A stretch of 64,000 nucleotides of DNA from Antedon mediterranea (taxonomy: Eukaryota > Animalia > Echinodermata), in contig NC_092672.1 in NCBI RefSeq assembly GCF_964355755.1, positions 20,101,237 to 20,165,236 on the forward strand. Direction: 5' to 3'. The stretch's first letter is position 1. Every line of letters starts with the position of its first letter. Below are positions 36,854 through 49,357 of this stretch, piece after piece. Below the pieces are notes generated by a model that did not search any database, was not told the DNA's origin, and saw nothing but the letters and a program-made list of their open reading frames with translations. The translations under genes and the position numbers were made by a program.

Positions 36854-37933
36854 GGGCCCGTTCGGACGGGACTGAAACTACCGTGTACTTCCAACTGTGA
36901 GGTCGCGTGTGGCAATTAACTTACGCCTCTGGCTATAAAAAATTAGAAAACCATCTGGACAAAAAATTCACCAACTTTACTGGTTATTTCAATCCCATTC
37001 CAATTACACGCTGCCTCGGGGTATAATTAATCAAGCGTTAACGGGGTCATGTCAAATCGCGACCTCAAATAAGCTTTCTGATTGTTTAACAATTATTGTT
37101 TAAAATGTTCTTCTATTGTTTTGTAAAATTATATATAAATAATCAACTCGTTGGTTTTTTTCCGGTGACCTGAACTTTCGAATCGGTGGCTTATAATGTA
37201 CATGTAACGGCAGGGAGTTCTGTATTGTGGTAGCCTGGTGTCTGTGAACTACCACATCAACCGTTCGGCTCGCACGATAAGAGGGGTACAGTGCGTGTTA
37301 AATGGAATTTTTACAACAATAGTTCGGCTCGCACGATGAATACACGTGGTAATTTTTACAAGAGGGGTACAGTGCGTGTACATTAAATGGAATTTTCACA
37401 ACAATAGTTCGGCTCGCACGATAAATACACGTGGTGATTTTTACAAGAGGGGTACAGTGCGTGTACATTAAATGGAATTTCCACAACAATAGTTCGGCTC
37501 GCACGATAAATACACGTGGTGATTTTTACAAGAGGGGTACAGTGCGTGTACATTAAATGGAATTTCCACAACAATAGTTCGGCTCGCACGATAAATACAC
37601 GTGGTCAACAAACAACATACGTTAGCAGGATTTTCGATCATTATTTATTTAAAAAGTAAATTGTATTCGATGTATTATGAATATATAGGTCTGGTTGTCG
37701 ATTGAAAAATAATAATCGAACGATTAGCGCGCGAAACGACATGCAATATCCAGTTGAATTTGTCAACACGCCATGTCAATTGATATGGGTCGACGCACAG
37801 AGGGCGCTTTTTGACCTAAGAATTCGTGTCAGCTTACCGGTACTTTGTTTATTTGTACGAACGTCGTATGGGTTTTACCCCAAGGGTAAAAACCAAATAA
37901 ACGTGTATTTCAATCGCCGTACGAACACGGTCT
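36854..37933. mobile_element. Probable Harbinger-like non-autonomous element carrying an internal minisatellite
   Basis: CpG-rich block with imperfect inverted ends gggcccgttcggacgggactgaaa / tttcaatcgccgtacgaacacggtct. Confidence 0.5.
37263..37605. repeat. 85-bp minisatellite, ~4 copies
   Basis: gttcggctcgcacgataaatacacgtggtgatttttacaagaggggtacagtgcgtgtacattaaatggaatttccacaacaata at 37322, 37407 and 37492, partial at 37577, deleted variant at 37263. Confidence 0.95.
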
Positions 37934-38960
37934 TTAAGATTAGATTTGGGTTATGGCTGGTAGATGGTATACATTACAAAAATAATAAATAGTAAACTGA
38001 ATCAACAAATTAAACTTGTATAAATGATGGCAAATACTCACAATAAAAGCTTAAAAAATGTTTGCTCATTTGACTGGCACATAATTAGTATGTTATGTTC
38101 AGGCCTAATTTATCTAATTTTCTTTAGTACCGTACTTGACTACAGTCGGTATAACATAGTATAATAGCAATAATTCATGTTATTCTTTCAATGAATGTGA
38201 ACATACTGTCTGTTATTATTTCATAGATCCTAAATGTATATCAAAGCAATGCTGAAAATTAGTATTATACCGTATTGTTTTTGTTATACAGATATTAAGT
38301 TTTAATTGATTAATTTTATTAGATATATTTTTGACACAGCAAAATAATATGATTGTAAAAAGGTGATGTTATAATTACACTGTCAATTGTGTATAAAATA
38401 GAAATGCCTACACACAAACACACACTAATCAGTAGGCCTAAATGAATATCAACAAGTATGGCTATGACACGTTGGAGTTGTGTAATTGAATAGTGAAAAC
38501 CTGTTATTAACAGCTACAACACAATTTGAAATTTAAAATAAATTTTCCAGATTTATAATTGCACTGTAAAATAATACTATAAAATTATTCAAAATATGTA
38601 GGATGAAGGTTTATTTTAAAATAGCTTTTACATTCTGCCCAACTATTTCAAAATAAAATTGATTATAGATGATATAGTTAGTATTATCTGTTTAATATTT
38701 CAGAATTCAACTATACCTTGATCATGAGCATAAGCATAGTTTATACAAACAATACATTTTACAATGCTTTATAGAAATAATCATTTAAAGTTGATTATTA
38801 GTTATTAGAAAAATATCTTTCAACATTGAAAACAAAGTAATAAACTGTTATCAATTAAGGATATTTATTTACAAGATTATTAGTCATTTTTTTGTTTAGA
38901 TATTAAGGAATAAGATGTACATGTTTTGTAACTTTGTTTATTATTTAATATTTTCAATAG

Positions 38961-39059
38961 GATGGCGTTACAGCGTTGATGTATGCTGCTTTTGTAGGTA
39001 ATGCAGCCATCTTCCATCAACTTATTGATGGTGGAGCTGATATTAACCTACAGAATAAG
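38961..39059 (+). CDS. Ankyrin-repeat exon (DGVTALMYAAFVGNAAIFHQLIDGGADINLQNK)
   Basis: Exactly 99 nt, one ankyrin repeat (G-TAL--AA--G------L---GAD-N). ttttcaatag acceptor, AAG|GTAAGT donor, phase 0/0. Confidence 0.95.
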
Positions 39060-39182
39060 GTAAGTAATACACACATTTTTTAAATAAAATTATTGAACCT
39101 TCAGTGAAACAAATCAATGAATTGAAACTATTGTTTTAGAATTTATATGCTACCACCACTATAACTTTAGGAAAATCATATA

Positions 39183-39435
39183 TTATCTCTTAGTGTACGT
39201 GAATTCTGTAATACGATTGGTCAATATATGAGATATAATTCCGTATTACGCCCATTTACTCAGTCAAGTGGATCAGAAGGGTAATATATCCCGTATTACC
39301 TGTTTGATGTTTCTACGCGCGCGGCGTTTATGTATTGTATTTTTGTCGTTGAGCGCATGCGTAGTTGTGATTTCAACCATCGAATATGAACCAGTCTCTT
39401 GTCCAATTGCTTATAATGTGTACACTAAGAGATAA
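39183..39435. mobile_element. Small TIR-bounded element, family unknown
   Basis: Perfect 16-bp inverted ends TTATCTCTTAGTGTAC / GTACACTAAGAGATAA around a CpG-rich interior. Confidence 0.6.
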
Positions 39436-41122
39436 AATCGTTGCACCCTATAATAACACAATACTGGTGTGTGTACTGTATATAGGTCAATATAGAAATG
39501 ATGTAATAACTTATTTTCTTCTCACATAAAACATTTTACAAATTCTCAAAATATTCTGTTTAAACTTGCAATCAAATTTTTGTATTAAGAAAATGTATAC
39601 TTCAAGTTACTTGTGTACAACATTAATATGTGTATTCAATAATATACACATTTATTTTCCATAATTCGTTGCCGAATGCTGCTTTAGAAATAAAGTGTGA
39701 AATGAATTTTACAGCACAGTTTTTAAATATTTTTGCTATTGATTATTATAATTTAACTACTATACTATAAAATAAAAAATGCTGATAGCATTCACCTAAT
39801 CATCAAAGTTTGTACAGTTAAATGGTATAGTCAGTATGTTTTTATAAATTGATAACATTCAATAGAATGCTCATAACACAAACTTTATTCTTTTGAATAT
39901 TTAACTGTATTTTAGTATTAGGCAGGTTAGACAACAGGAATAACATTTGTTAATATAAGTTTTAAAAAAAAATGTACATTTTAAAAAAAGGTTGTGAATA
40001 TGAATCATGTCTATCATCAACCTCCACCTTGATTTTTATTACATATCGCACACATATATTATACAAAATTTCATATTTTTGGTGGTATATTGTTCTGTAT
40101 AATTTTGAAGATTCTAAGTTCTTTAAATGTAACAAATGGCAGCATATCATATTTAAAATTGAGTTGCTCCTACAGCCTTGTGTTAAATGTTAGTTGGAAC
40201 CATTGTTATAATTTGAAATCTGTCGGTTTATGAACCAAATCCAAGCCTATTAAATTCTATTGGCTTGCTACTCATGTATCTTCGTAATTTTTTGATTAAA
40301 TTTAGCCATTAGGCCTTTCAACAATCTACAGCATTCTAATTTTTATGGGCTAATTAAAATGCAGTATTATTATTATTTGAATTTTCGAAATCTACAGTAT
40401 TCTAGCTAATCTTGGTTTATTTAAAACGGATTGTAAATTGCTAAAAGATCACATAACCAAAAAAAAACTTGTAATTTTTATTTTTTGGTGTTAAACAGTT
40501 TATGAGAAAAAATTGCCTTACTTGAAGCGTAACAGTATTGTGGTTATAATCAAGAAATTGCAAATTTCAAGGCAATTAAATTAGTTTACACTGAAAAAGG
40601 TACAAACAAGTGTAGCCAACAATTCTTGAGTAAGCTACATTTTAATTTCTACATAATGCATTGCTCTATAGTTCTAAATTTACGACTGAACCTCGCTCTT
40701 CAATATTAGTTTGAATTATACTAAATTGTTTGGTCTATAAATGAAAGGAAAATTTCTTATATAGTAGTTTTCATTAATTCATTTATTTTTAATCCCATGA
40801 ATTATTAAACAAATAATTACATACATCTATTATGTATTTTTGTTTATGTGCATAGTAGGCTAGATAATAAGCAGCACTTAGCACAATCAATTGATTGTCT
40901 ACAAGATTGCAATTGTACAAATCTGTCAATAACCAATGCTAATTACATATAATTCAAGCAGTCAATTTGTTATCAAACAATAGATAACAAATTTATTACA
41001 TAGCAAAGCAGAATTGTTTCTATGAATTAAAATGTACCACATGTATAGTAATGAACACAATGATGATGAAAACAATTATGAAGTATTATATCAAGAAGAT
41101 ATATACTGTCACACTTTGTAAT

Positions 41123-41270
41123 AAATCAAATCAAATCAAATCAAATCTTTATTCGTTCCATATATACTAAATTGTACATGGAAAAATTGTTTTCCTCGAT
41201 AGAAAAATATGGTAAAACATTCATAATTACAGTATATCATACATAGAACAGGGAGTAATAACAACTCCTT
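41123..41270 (-). mobile_element. Probable LINE 3' tail ending in (TTTGA)n
   Basis: (aaatc)5 directly followed by tttatt, which reads AATAAA plus a microsatellite tail on the minus strand. Confidence 0.45.
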
Positions 41271-41936
41271 GATCTGATAGTGAAGATACACCTTTAAAGC
41301 TGTTTTTCAACTTTCATTTTGCATTAGTGTTATAGTGGTTACAACAATATATAAACCACAAAATGATAATTGTCCAACGCTGTCTGTGTACCAATCTAGT
41401 TGTACCCAATGTTCCTAATTAATTGATCAAAAATATTTGTGGTTAATTAAAATAAATTCCACAAATGTAAAATTTATGGAGGGCGACATTCACTAGTTTA
41501 TCTAAATTTTGTGCACATTAAGAAGAAGTTTGCTATTCATTTTGTATAACAAACACATGGAATATTTGAAAACACATTTTGTTTCTATTGTTCACTAATC
41601 GTTGTATATACTTTATTGTTTTATAGCATTGCTATGTTTTAATATTGTTGGTGTTCCACTTTAGTGCTTTTTGACAATTAGGCTTAAATATAGTTGTTAC
41701 TGTGTGCAAAACAATATCAGTTTTTTGTGGCAACAGTGTACAGTTATATGCTCTAATTTAAAATATAATCTTTAATGTGTATTATTATCAATACATAATG
41801 ATATACATTATGTTTTTTCACGCTATGGTCATACATTTCTCTTTGAAAAATTTATAAAACATTAAAAACAATAGTGCCTTGACCATTTTATTAAATTAAT
41901 ATACATTTTTTTAAACAGTATTTAATCAATAGTTGA

Positions 41937-42290
41937 AGGTGTATTGTCCTCAAAATCATGAAAAATGAAGATTAATTACCGTAAATCAGATTTTAAATAT
42001 GTTATTTTGTAGGGTTTTAATAAAGTTAATCACTTTCGTAGAAAAAAAATAAAAAATAAAAATGTTTTCACTTATAAAATGACAAATAAATGGTTAAATA
42101 TAACCAAAAACCAATTAGCTGCCACCAGTCACATTGAACATTTTTTCATTAAAATATTTAATTTGAATTTTTTTCAGGTAAATACATTTTTTAGGATCAA
42201 ATTGTTGGTCAAAATGGATAACTATTATGTTACATTCAAATGGCACATTCAACAAAAATGTTAAGAGTTTTTTTTTTCAGGGGGACATCT
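41937..42290. mobile_element. Third copy of the Kolobok-type MITE
   Basis: aggtgtattgtcc...catgaaaaatgaagattaatta...aaaatggataactattatg...tttcagggggacatctttaa, colinear with 10967-11245. Confidence 0.75.
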
Positions 42291-45200
42291 TTAACAAAAA
42301 CACTTAACATTTCACAAACCTTCAATTGTTCTTACATATGATTTTGTATTTTTGTATATGAAGTGCAATTTTTACAAATTGTTTTTTAGACAAGTCACTT
42401 AAATGCCCTATGATCCCTGTGCATTATAATGATCAAAGATGCTAGTTGTACTGAATATTTTAGTATGATGTTTTATTCATCATCTTTATTAATGAATTTT
42501 GCTATATTCTTTTTTATTGTCAATACACTACCAACTTTGTCCACCACCTCCTCCTCATTAAATAGTGAAGAGCAATGATAATAAAGGATGTAATATACAC
42601 CCATTTTAGACCCATTTTTAGTTTTCCATAATACATTACAAGGGCCTATACATTTTATATTACACAGTGCCCTCACTCATCATTTATTTTACTTTTAAAA
42701 TTTCTTTTTTTGTTCGCACTTTCAGTACCAGTGTACTGTTCAACAAAAACCAATGTACTTGACAGTGATTATTTTGCTTTTTATTAAAAGAAAGATATTA
42801 ACAAACACAAATAAAAAATAAAACTTGGTCTACTAAAATCCGTAAATTTGTGCATATATATTAAAAGCTTTGGTTGCAGTGCAAGTTAGTTGACCAATAA
42901 CCAGTAATTTGTTTAGTTTTGATTAGGTGTACTGTAATAATATCATAGGCTATAAAACATGTACATTTCTTAAGAGCTACAGTAAATGGAACTTAGTCTA
43001 CAACCTAGTTTTCCTGATAATATCTATCTGAGATAAAACTTTGTTTTGATAGATTTGATAATAAAACAAAGGGATTGTCATTGGCAACCCTTATCACCAT
43101 GGTTAAGAAAAGACTGAATAAGTAAAATTGTTAAGGACTGTTCGTTTCATGTCCAGAATTTGAATTATTTAATTTTTATGCGAGGAAATTACTATTAGTC
43201 AATCAATGAATTCTACTACAAATAGAAATATGTTGTAAATGCAATATTGTGGGCATGCAATGCATGTGGTGGGGCGTTTACTCAAGGAAATAGTCCAAAT
43301 GATGTTCTATAGGGACGTAATATTCGTGGGGGATTATTCAAAAGAGGGTGTTTAATCAAATTGTCATCCATGCACCCTACCAGGTCCCCATCTCTGAAAC
43401 CTATCAGCACCACAACCACACAGGTTCAGTACATTTTCTAGTAAAAAGACCCCCACCTTCATTAACAACCCAGCGAATGGGCATTTGATATGGAACACAA
43501 TCTAAAATGTTTGTCACCGAAGTTGAGCTTGAGTGACTGAAACACTCATGGAATTTGATTTAGTGATTTGAATAAAATAAATTTAATTAATTTCAAACAA
43601 TGACAATTTATTTAATTTATTTAAAAATTGATATCAAAATATAAAGCATTTTGTTAATTTAATCTGGGGATGGCAATGGGGTAAAAAAATAAATAATAAT
43701 AATTTAAGTATAGCTAGTAAAATAGTTTGTTTAGCAGAATTGCTATGGAAGTTTACTCAATAATATAGTTCTACTGTTGCCACTATTACATTCTTGAATT
43801 GATTAATTAAAACCAAACATGTTGAGTGCTTTCTGCCTGTTTAGCTTACATACATTTTGCCATTTGTGGTGCATAGTATCAGGTGAATAGCATTAAAGTT
43901 GGCAGTTGATTTAATGTATCAGTTAAATGTTCTTGATTATAATTTCCAGGGGATAGACCTATAATCATTGATACAACCGAAGTATCTTAACCCTTATCTA
44001 TCTTATCTAGTTTGTTAACTCTTCTCAAAATGAATTAACAAGGTTCTTCTAGATAGTGTAGTGTTTTTTTCGTTTGTTTTTTTGATCACTTGCCTAATTT
44101 TAGGTCTTGAAATTTAAAAATGAATATTTGGTTGAAAGAAATGAAAAAATGATTAAAATGAGAGCCTCTGTAGGCTGTACACTGCTTTGTTTTAAACAGT
44201 ATAGTTGTAAAACTAAATTTTCATGATAATGGTTTATTACATTTTATAGACTTAATTATGGCTAGTATGGCTGTGTATTAATTATATAAACAGTTTAGTT
44301 TTCAATTAATACCAAACATGTTGGATAATCATTTGACTAATATCAAAAAAAGTTTATTGTTTAATAATATTATGCTTTTATAAATAATCATAGTTATACT
44401 AACTAAAATACCAAAAAGTAATGAATTTATTATTTTAAGTTTTTATTATACCAATACACAACAGAAATTTGTTCTGCTTATTATTAGTCTGTGAATCTTT
44501 TTAGTTTCTTTGTAATAATAGTTATTTCTTGTTTATATTGTTTTAAAAGTATTTGTACTAAAAAATATTAGTTTAATATGTAGTATTTTTAATGATTTAA
44601 TTAACACAGTAGGCTGTGAATCATTTTAGTTGTATGCCTAATTACTGTAATAATATCACAAATTGTTCAATATTATCTTATAGTTTTAAAAGTATATACT
44701 AAAATATAAGAAATTAAGACTCTTTGTACACATTTTGTACATAATTGTTTTTTATACCGTTACCACCGCATTTTCGGTCTTTGCAATAACCATGTTTATA
44801 CTGTTATATACATTAATATCTTTTCTTTTTAAATAGTGCCCTCTATGTTTTGATATTTTCCAAAATGTTATAGTGCACGCTATAGTGTGGACATACTATC
44901 ATAAAACCTCTCAATATTTCATTTGTTCAAGTTGAGATGTCATACTTTAATTCATCGTTCACATCAGCAGTTGATTGAATGTAATTTTTAAATATTATCT
45001 ACTCAACAAAAATATGTTCCATTTGTATAATGTACAGTAAGCATTAATAAACTTTACATTATTTTTTCTTTGCGTATCTAAATACCCTATAAAGTATGAA
45101 TACACATGTGGTTGATAACCACAATAAAATAAAATATAGATAAATTGGCCAGACAAATTGGTACGCATACTGGCCCACATCTTTCTGTTTCACTACATTA

Positions 45201-46312
45201 TACTGGTACTGTCAGTAACTGCTGCTGCTAATAACTTTATCAATTCCAATAATACAGACAACAATGAATACAAATAAAAAAAAAAAACATCAAATTTTTA
45301 CCATAAAAAAGACTTTCTGAGATAACAGTTTTAATTATTGTTCTTTCTTCATTAAATGCTATTTTTTAAATTGATATTCTATTTAAGAGTGCTTGTCACC
45401 AAAAATCAGACATATTCGTAATTTAGTGGCAAGGGCCAAAATTTCGAATTTGCTCATATTTTGTACATTGGTAGACCTTAATGTAAGGAAAACAGATATG
45501 TAGTTTGTTTGGTAAAATATCGCTTAGGTTTCGAGAAAATCGAAAAATATCGATTTTCCGTCAATTTTGTTAATTTTTGGTGTATAATTTACATTAAGTT
45601 TTACAGCCTCTGGAAGCCAAACGTAGCAACCTAGCGTTTTAATATTTTACACTTACGTTAACTAGCATCTTGTCAACAATTTAGTATAGTTTCAAAAAAT
45701 TTGATGAAATTCTAAGATTTTAATTACTGATTAGCATATAAAACTCTTAAAAAGTATGGTAAAGATAAACTCGTTTTTTTTTCATGTGCGACGAATTTTT
45801 TTTTTAAATAAAAAAATCATTAATCTAAAGTATAGATACTAATATCTATGAATCAAGTAAAAGAAAAATGGGGAAACTATTTTACGCTCCGCGCCAGATC
45901 CTCAAAGTTGTAAGAAATTCAAAGATTTTATCTGTCGACAAGATCAAATCAGATGTACCTATTGTTCTCTATTTACGGATTTAAGGCAAACTTTACTACA
46001 AAGAACAAAATTTAAAGGTAAACTGAAAGGTCATGAATAATTTGGAATTATGATTTAATATAAATACAAACTAAAAGTAAATTTCTAGTCAAATTTTAAC
46101 GACTAACGCATGATGAAATTAAGCAATTACTATCTGAGCTCAACAATATAGCTTAGCTTCATCGAGCCTGTTATGTTTTTCACAAGGTGAATTTATTCGC
46201 GCGAATTGAACATTTTTGCGTATACGCGCGCATGCGCAGTTTATTTTTGTTAATAAAGTTTTCCATAGGGCGTGCGTATACGCGAAAATGTTTGATTTGT
46301 GGGAATAATTTC

Positions 46313-46549
46313 TAGTCAATCCCACAAACTAAACGAAAGACATTTGCTGACCGTTCGTTCGCCGTAGCAGGACCCAAAATTTGGAACAGATTACCAAGTC
46401 ACATTAAGCACTTAGACGACTATAATCAGTTTAAAAAACATTTAAAAGCACTATATTTCAAAGAATGTTACGATACTAATTGATGTGAAGCGCCGCTGAT
46501 TATAATTAAATGTTGTATAAATGTGCGCTATACAAGTAATAATAATAAT
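46313..46549 (+). mobile_element. L2-type LINE 3' end inserted in the Sola3 element
   Basis: Translates IPQTKRKTFADRSFAVAGPKIWNRLP...FKKHLK. Tail gtgaagcgcc...gcgctatacaagt(aat)n. Possible TSD AATAATTTC. Confidence 0.85.
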
Positions 46550-47199
46550 AATAATTTCGCCTAGTGGAAAGAAGGCTTTACAACATAATGTTCTTATCTT
46601 CTCATATAGGAAGTTTTCGCACGAGCACGTAAACGTTAAACATAACGCTATTTTCCAAGCTCCACCCACTTTGTTAACAACTTGATCTGTGTGTGCGCAA
46701 GTATTACGAAAAACTTTAGTTACGTGCATCGAGAACCTTATTTCTGAAAAATAGCGTCAATGAAAAACGTTAACCGAAACATGATTAAACATACCTAGGC
46801 TTAGTCTCTAAACCCAAGGTATTCCATGATTTGTTTTAATAAGAGTGGCGTATGTTGCATGCGCTACACTTCCCGTCGAAGCGCGAAATCAAAACGAGCA
46901 AGTACGTTAACGCAACTCTTCGCTGAACTCCGTTGTTATGCAAATGAGTAGAATGTTGACGTCATTGTTTTACCATTCTTTCACCCCTCCGCTTTATTAA
47001 AAATTTACAGAACGCGATTTAAAATACTAAAAATTTAGACAACAGAATCGGCCCACATATTAAATTGTTATTTTAAAGAATTCTCACAGACACAGTTTTA
47101 CCTTCGTTGCTACCTCAATCAATCGAGCAACTGCACGTGGAAACCAGCTTTCCCTGCCTATTGTGTCCAGTACGGTTTTTGCGACAAAAGTTGAATTTC

Positions 47200-48573
47200 T
47201 CTTTCTTTTTCCGTTTTTAAATCGTCTCCATTTTCTTCGACTTCGTCACCATCTTCATGACTATCGTAATCATCGTCATCTTCATCATGAACGGCTGCAT
47301 CTGTCCTTTTTTTTTAGCCAAGCGTGAGAAAAAAACTTGCTATCTGCTATGCAGTTAAAAATTCACTCTTGCTGTGTCTGGTCGATCTCATCTCTCGTAA
47401 GACATCACATGGATCAGGTTTCTGTCCTGTCTGAAGTGTTTCTCTAGGGAAGAGTACCTCTGATATGACCTAATGCAACCTTGTTCGCGACAAAAGAACA
47501 GTTTGATGGAGGTGCCAGGACTTTCTTCACTTTCTATTTGGTCGTCGTCATTTATATTAGCTTGTTCTTCGTGAGATGTCTTGGCTTGTATTCTTGCTTT
47601 TACTGTAATAAATGATACTTGATTTTGATCAGACGTTGTATCCTTGTTATTAATTAAATTGGGTAGTTTCGAGGGAACACAGAATTTACTCAAAAGTAGA
47701 TTTTGACTTGCACCAATACCATACGCCATCCACACCTTCATGGACCTGCTTCCATACTCTATGTTGTTGATGTGACTCACGCCTTTACATTTCCCTGCTG
47801 CACAAATAGTACCAGTAGGTAAAGCACAAACTATGACTTTCACTCCAGGAATGCCTCCAAAGGACTCAATTGCTGCCTTCATCTGCTCTGGATTATCTTT
47901 CCTGAATTAAGATATTTATTCATGTGATTTTTTATACTGGCTGCCTTGCGGTCACATGCACCCTCCCCCCCCTCCCCCCCCCCCCAAAAAAAATCAATAC
48001 GTCGGATTTTGATCTTAGTTTCTTTCGCTATCTTTGGTAACGAGAGTAATGTTAGGGCAGAGTGGTAGCATCCTGCATTATCTAGGGTGCTATAGATGGA
48101 AGCTGCCTCAACACATCGTTGATGATTGACACAACAGTAGTACTTTCTTGACTGCAAGATTTAAATATATGCACAAACGTAAGCATCTGTACCTCTCTAT
48201 CTTTATTCTTTTTCGTCAAGACTGTTATGTGCCACGGAAGTCCACGCTTTCCAAACCAGTCTCTTTGGCTTTCGCGATATTTACGTGGTACAAACTTCAT
48301 CGCCTAAACGTCAAATCTCCTAAAATATCATGTCGTGCAGCGTCTTGGTTAATGGATCTAAAATATGGCTGCTCGACTAAGAATTAGGTCTACCTCACTA
48401 TCGATGCCCGTAAACCTAAACATGGATCTGTGTGCAGCGATTTCCTTCTGGCATGCTTGTAAAGGTAGGACTTCAGTGCTCTGTTTGCGGTCTTTTCTAT
48501 CAAATCCACAAGCTCCGCCAACAACCGATTTAAAAGAACATGAAATCTCCATGTTGTTTGAACTTAAACCCAT
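47200..48573 (-). pseudogene. Disrupted Sola3-type DDE transposase
   Basis: Fragments MKFVPRKYRESQRDWFGKRGLPWH, DNAGCYHS, GACDRKAASIK, C2H2-like FFCREQGCIRSYQRYSSLEKH and QIASFFSRL. N-terminal CSF..CG..LILSRA is joined by a large deletion. Several frameshifts. Confidence 0.8.
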
Positions 48574-49357
48574 CAGACAATAATTATATATATAAGAATT
48601 ATTTTCAACACGTCTTTACATTGTAAGACATAAACTAAAATGGAAAACAAATCAGTTCCTTTGTCAACGTCAATGAAGATATCGTTGTCTATCGAATATA
48701 CGCAGTAAAGTGTTTTGTCTACTGTGGTTAATGTTTTGAAACATTCTTGTTGAGTAAGTTCGACCAGGTTCGACAAACAGGAAAACGATAACAAGTTAAA
48801 ACAAATGTGTTTTTCAGTTTTATGCTATAAACTACGAGAGGATGGATTGATTTATAATAATATGGTTTGACAAAGCATAAGCCAGTGATTTTTAGTTAAT
48901 TGCTTAATTTTGTATATTGGTTAGTAATTGAAATTTTAAAAGAAACGTATTTTAGTTTGTGTTTAAATTGAAACTTAATTCAAAATTAGTTCATGAACTT
49001 TCAGTTTATCTTTCAAGTTTGTTTCTCGTAATAAAAGTTTGGCTCAAAGCGACTTAGATTCCTAAATAGAGAACAATAGGTAGATTTAATTGATCTTGCC
49101 GACAGATAAAATCTTTGAATTCTTTACAACTTTGTGGCTCTGGTGCGGAGCGCATAATGGTTTCCCCAATTTTGTTTTACTTGATTCATAAATATTAGTA
49201 TCTATACTTCAAATTGATGATTTTTTATTTAAAAAAATTTGTCGCACATGAAAAAAAACTTGTTTGTTTTTACCCTACTTTTTAAGAGTTTTATATATGC
49301 TATTTAGTAATTAATTAATAAAAATCTTAGAATTTCATCAAATTTTTTGAAACTTTA

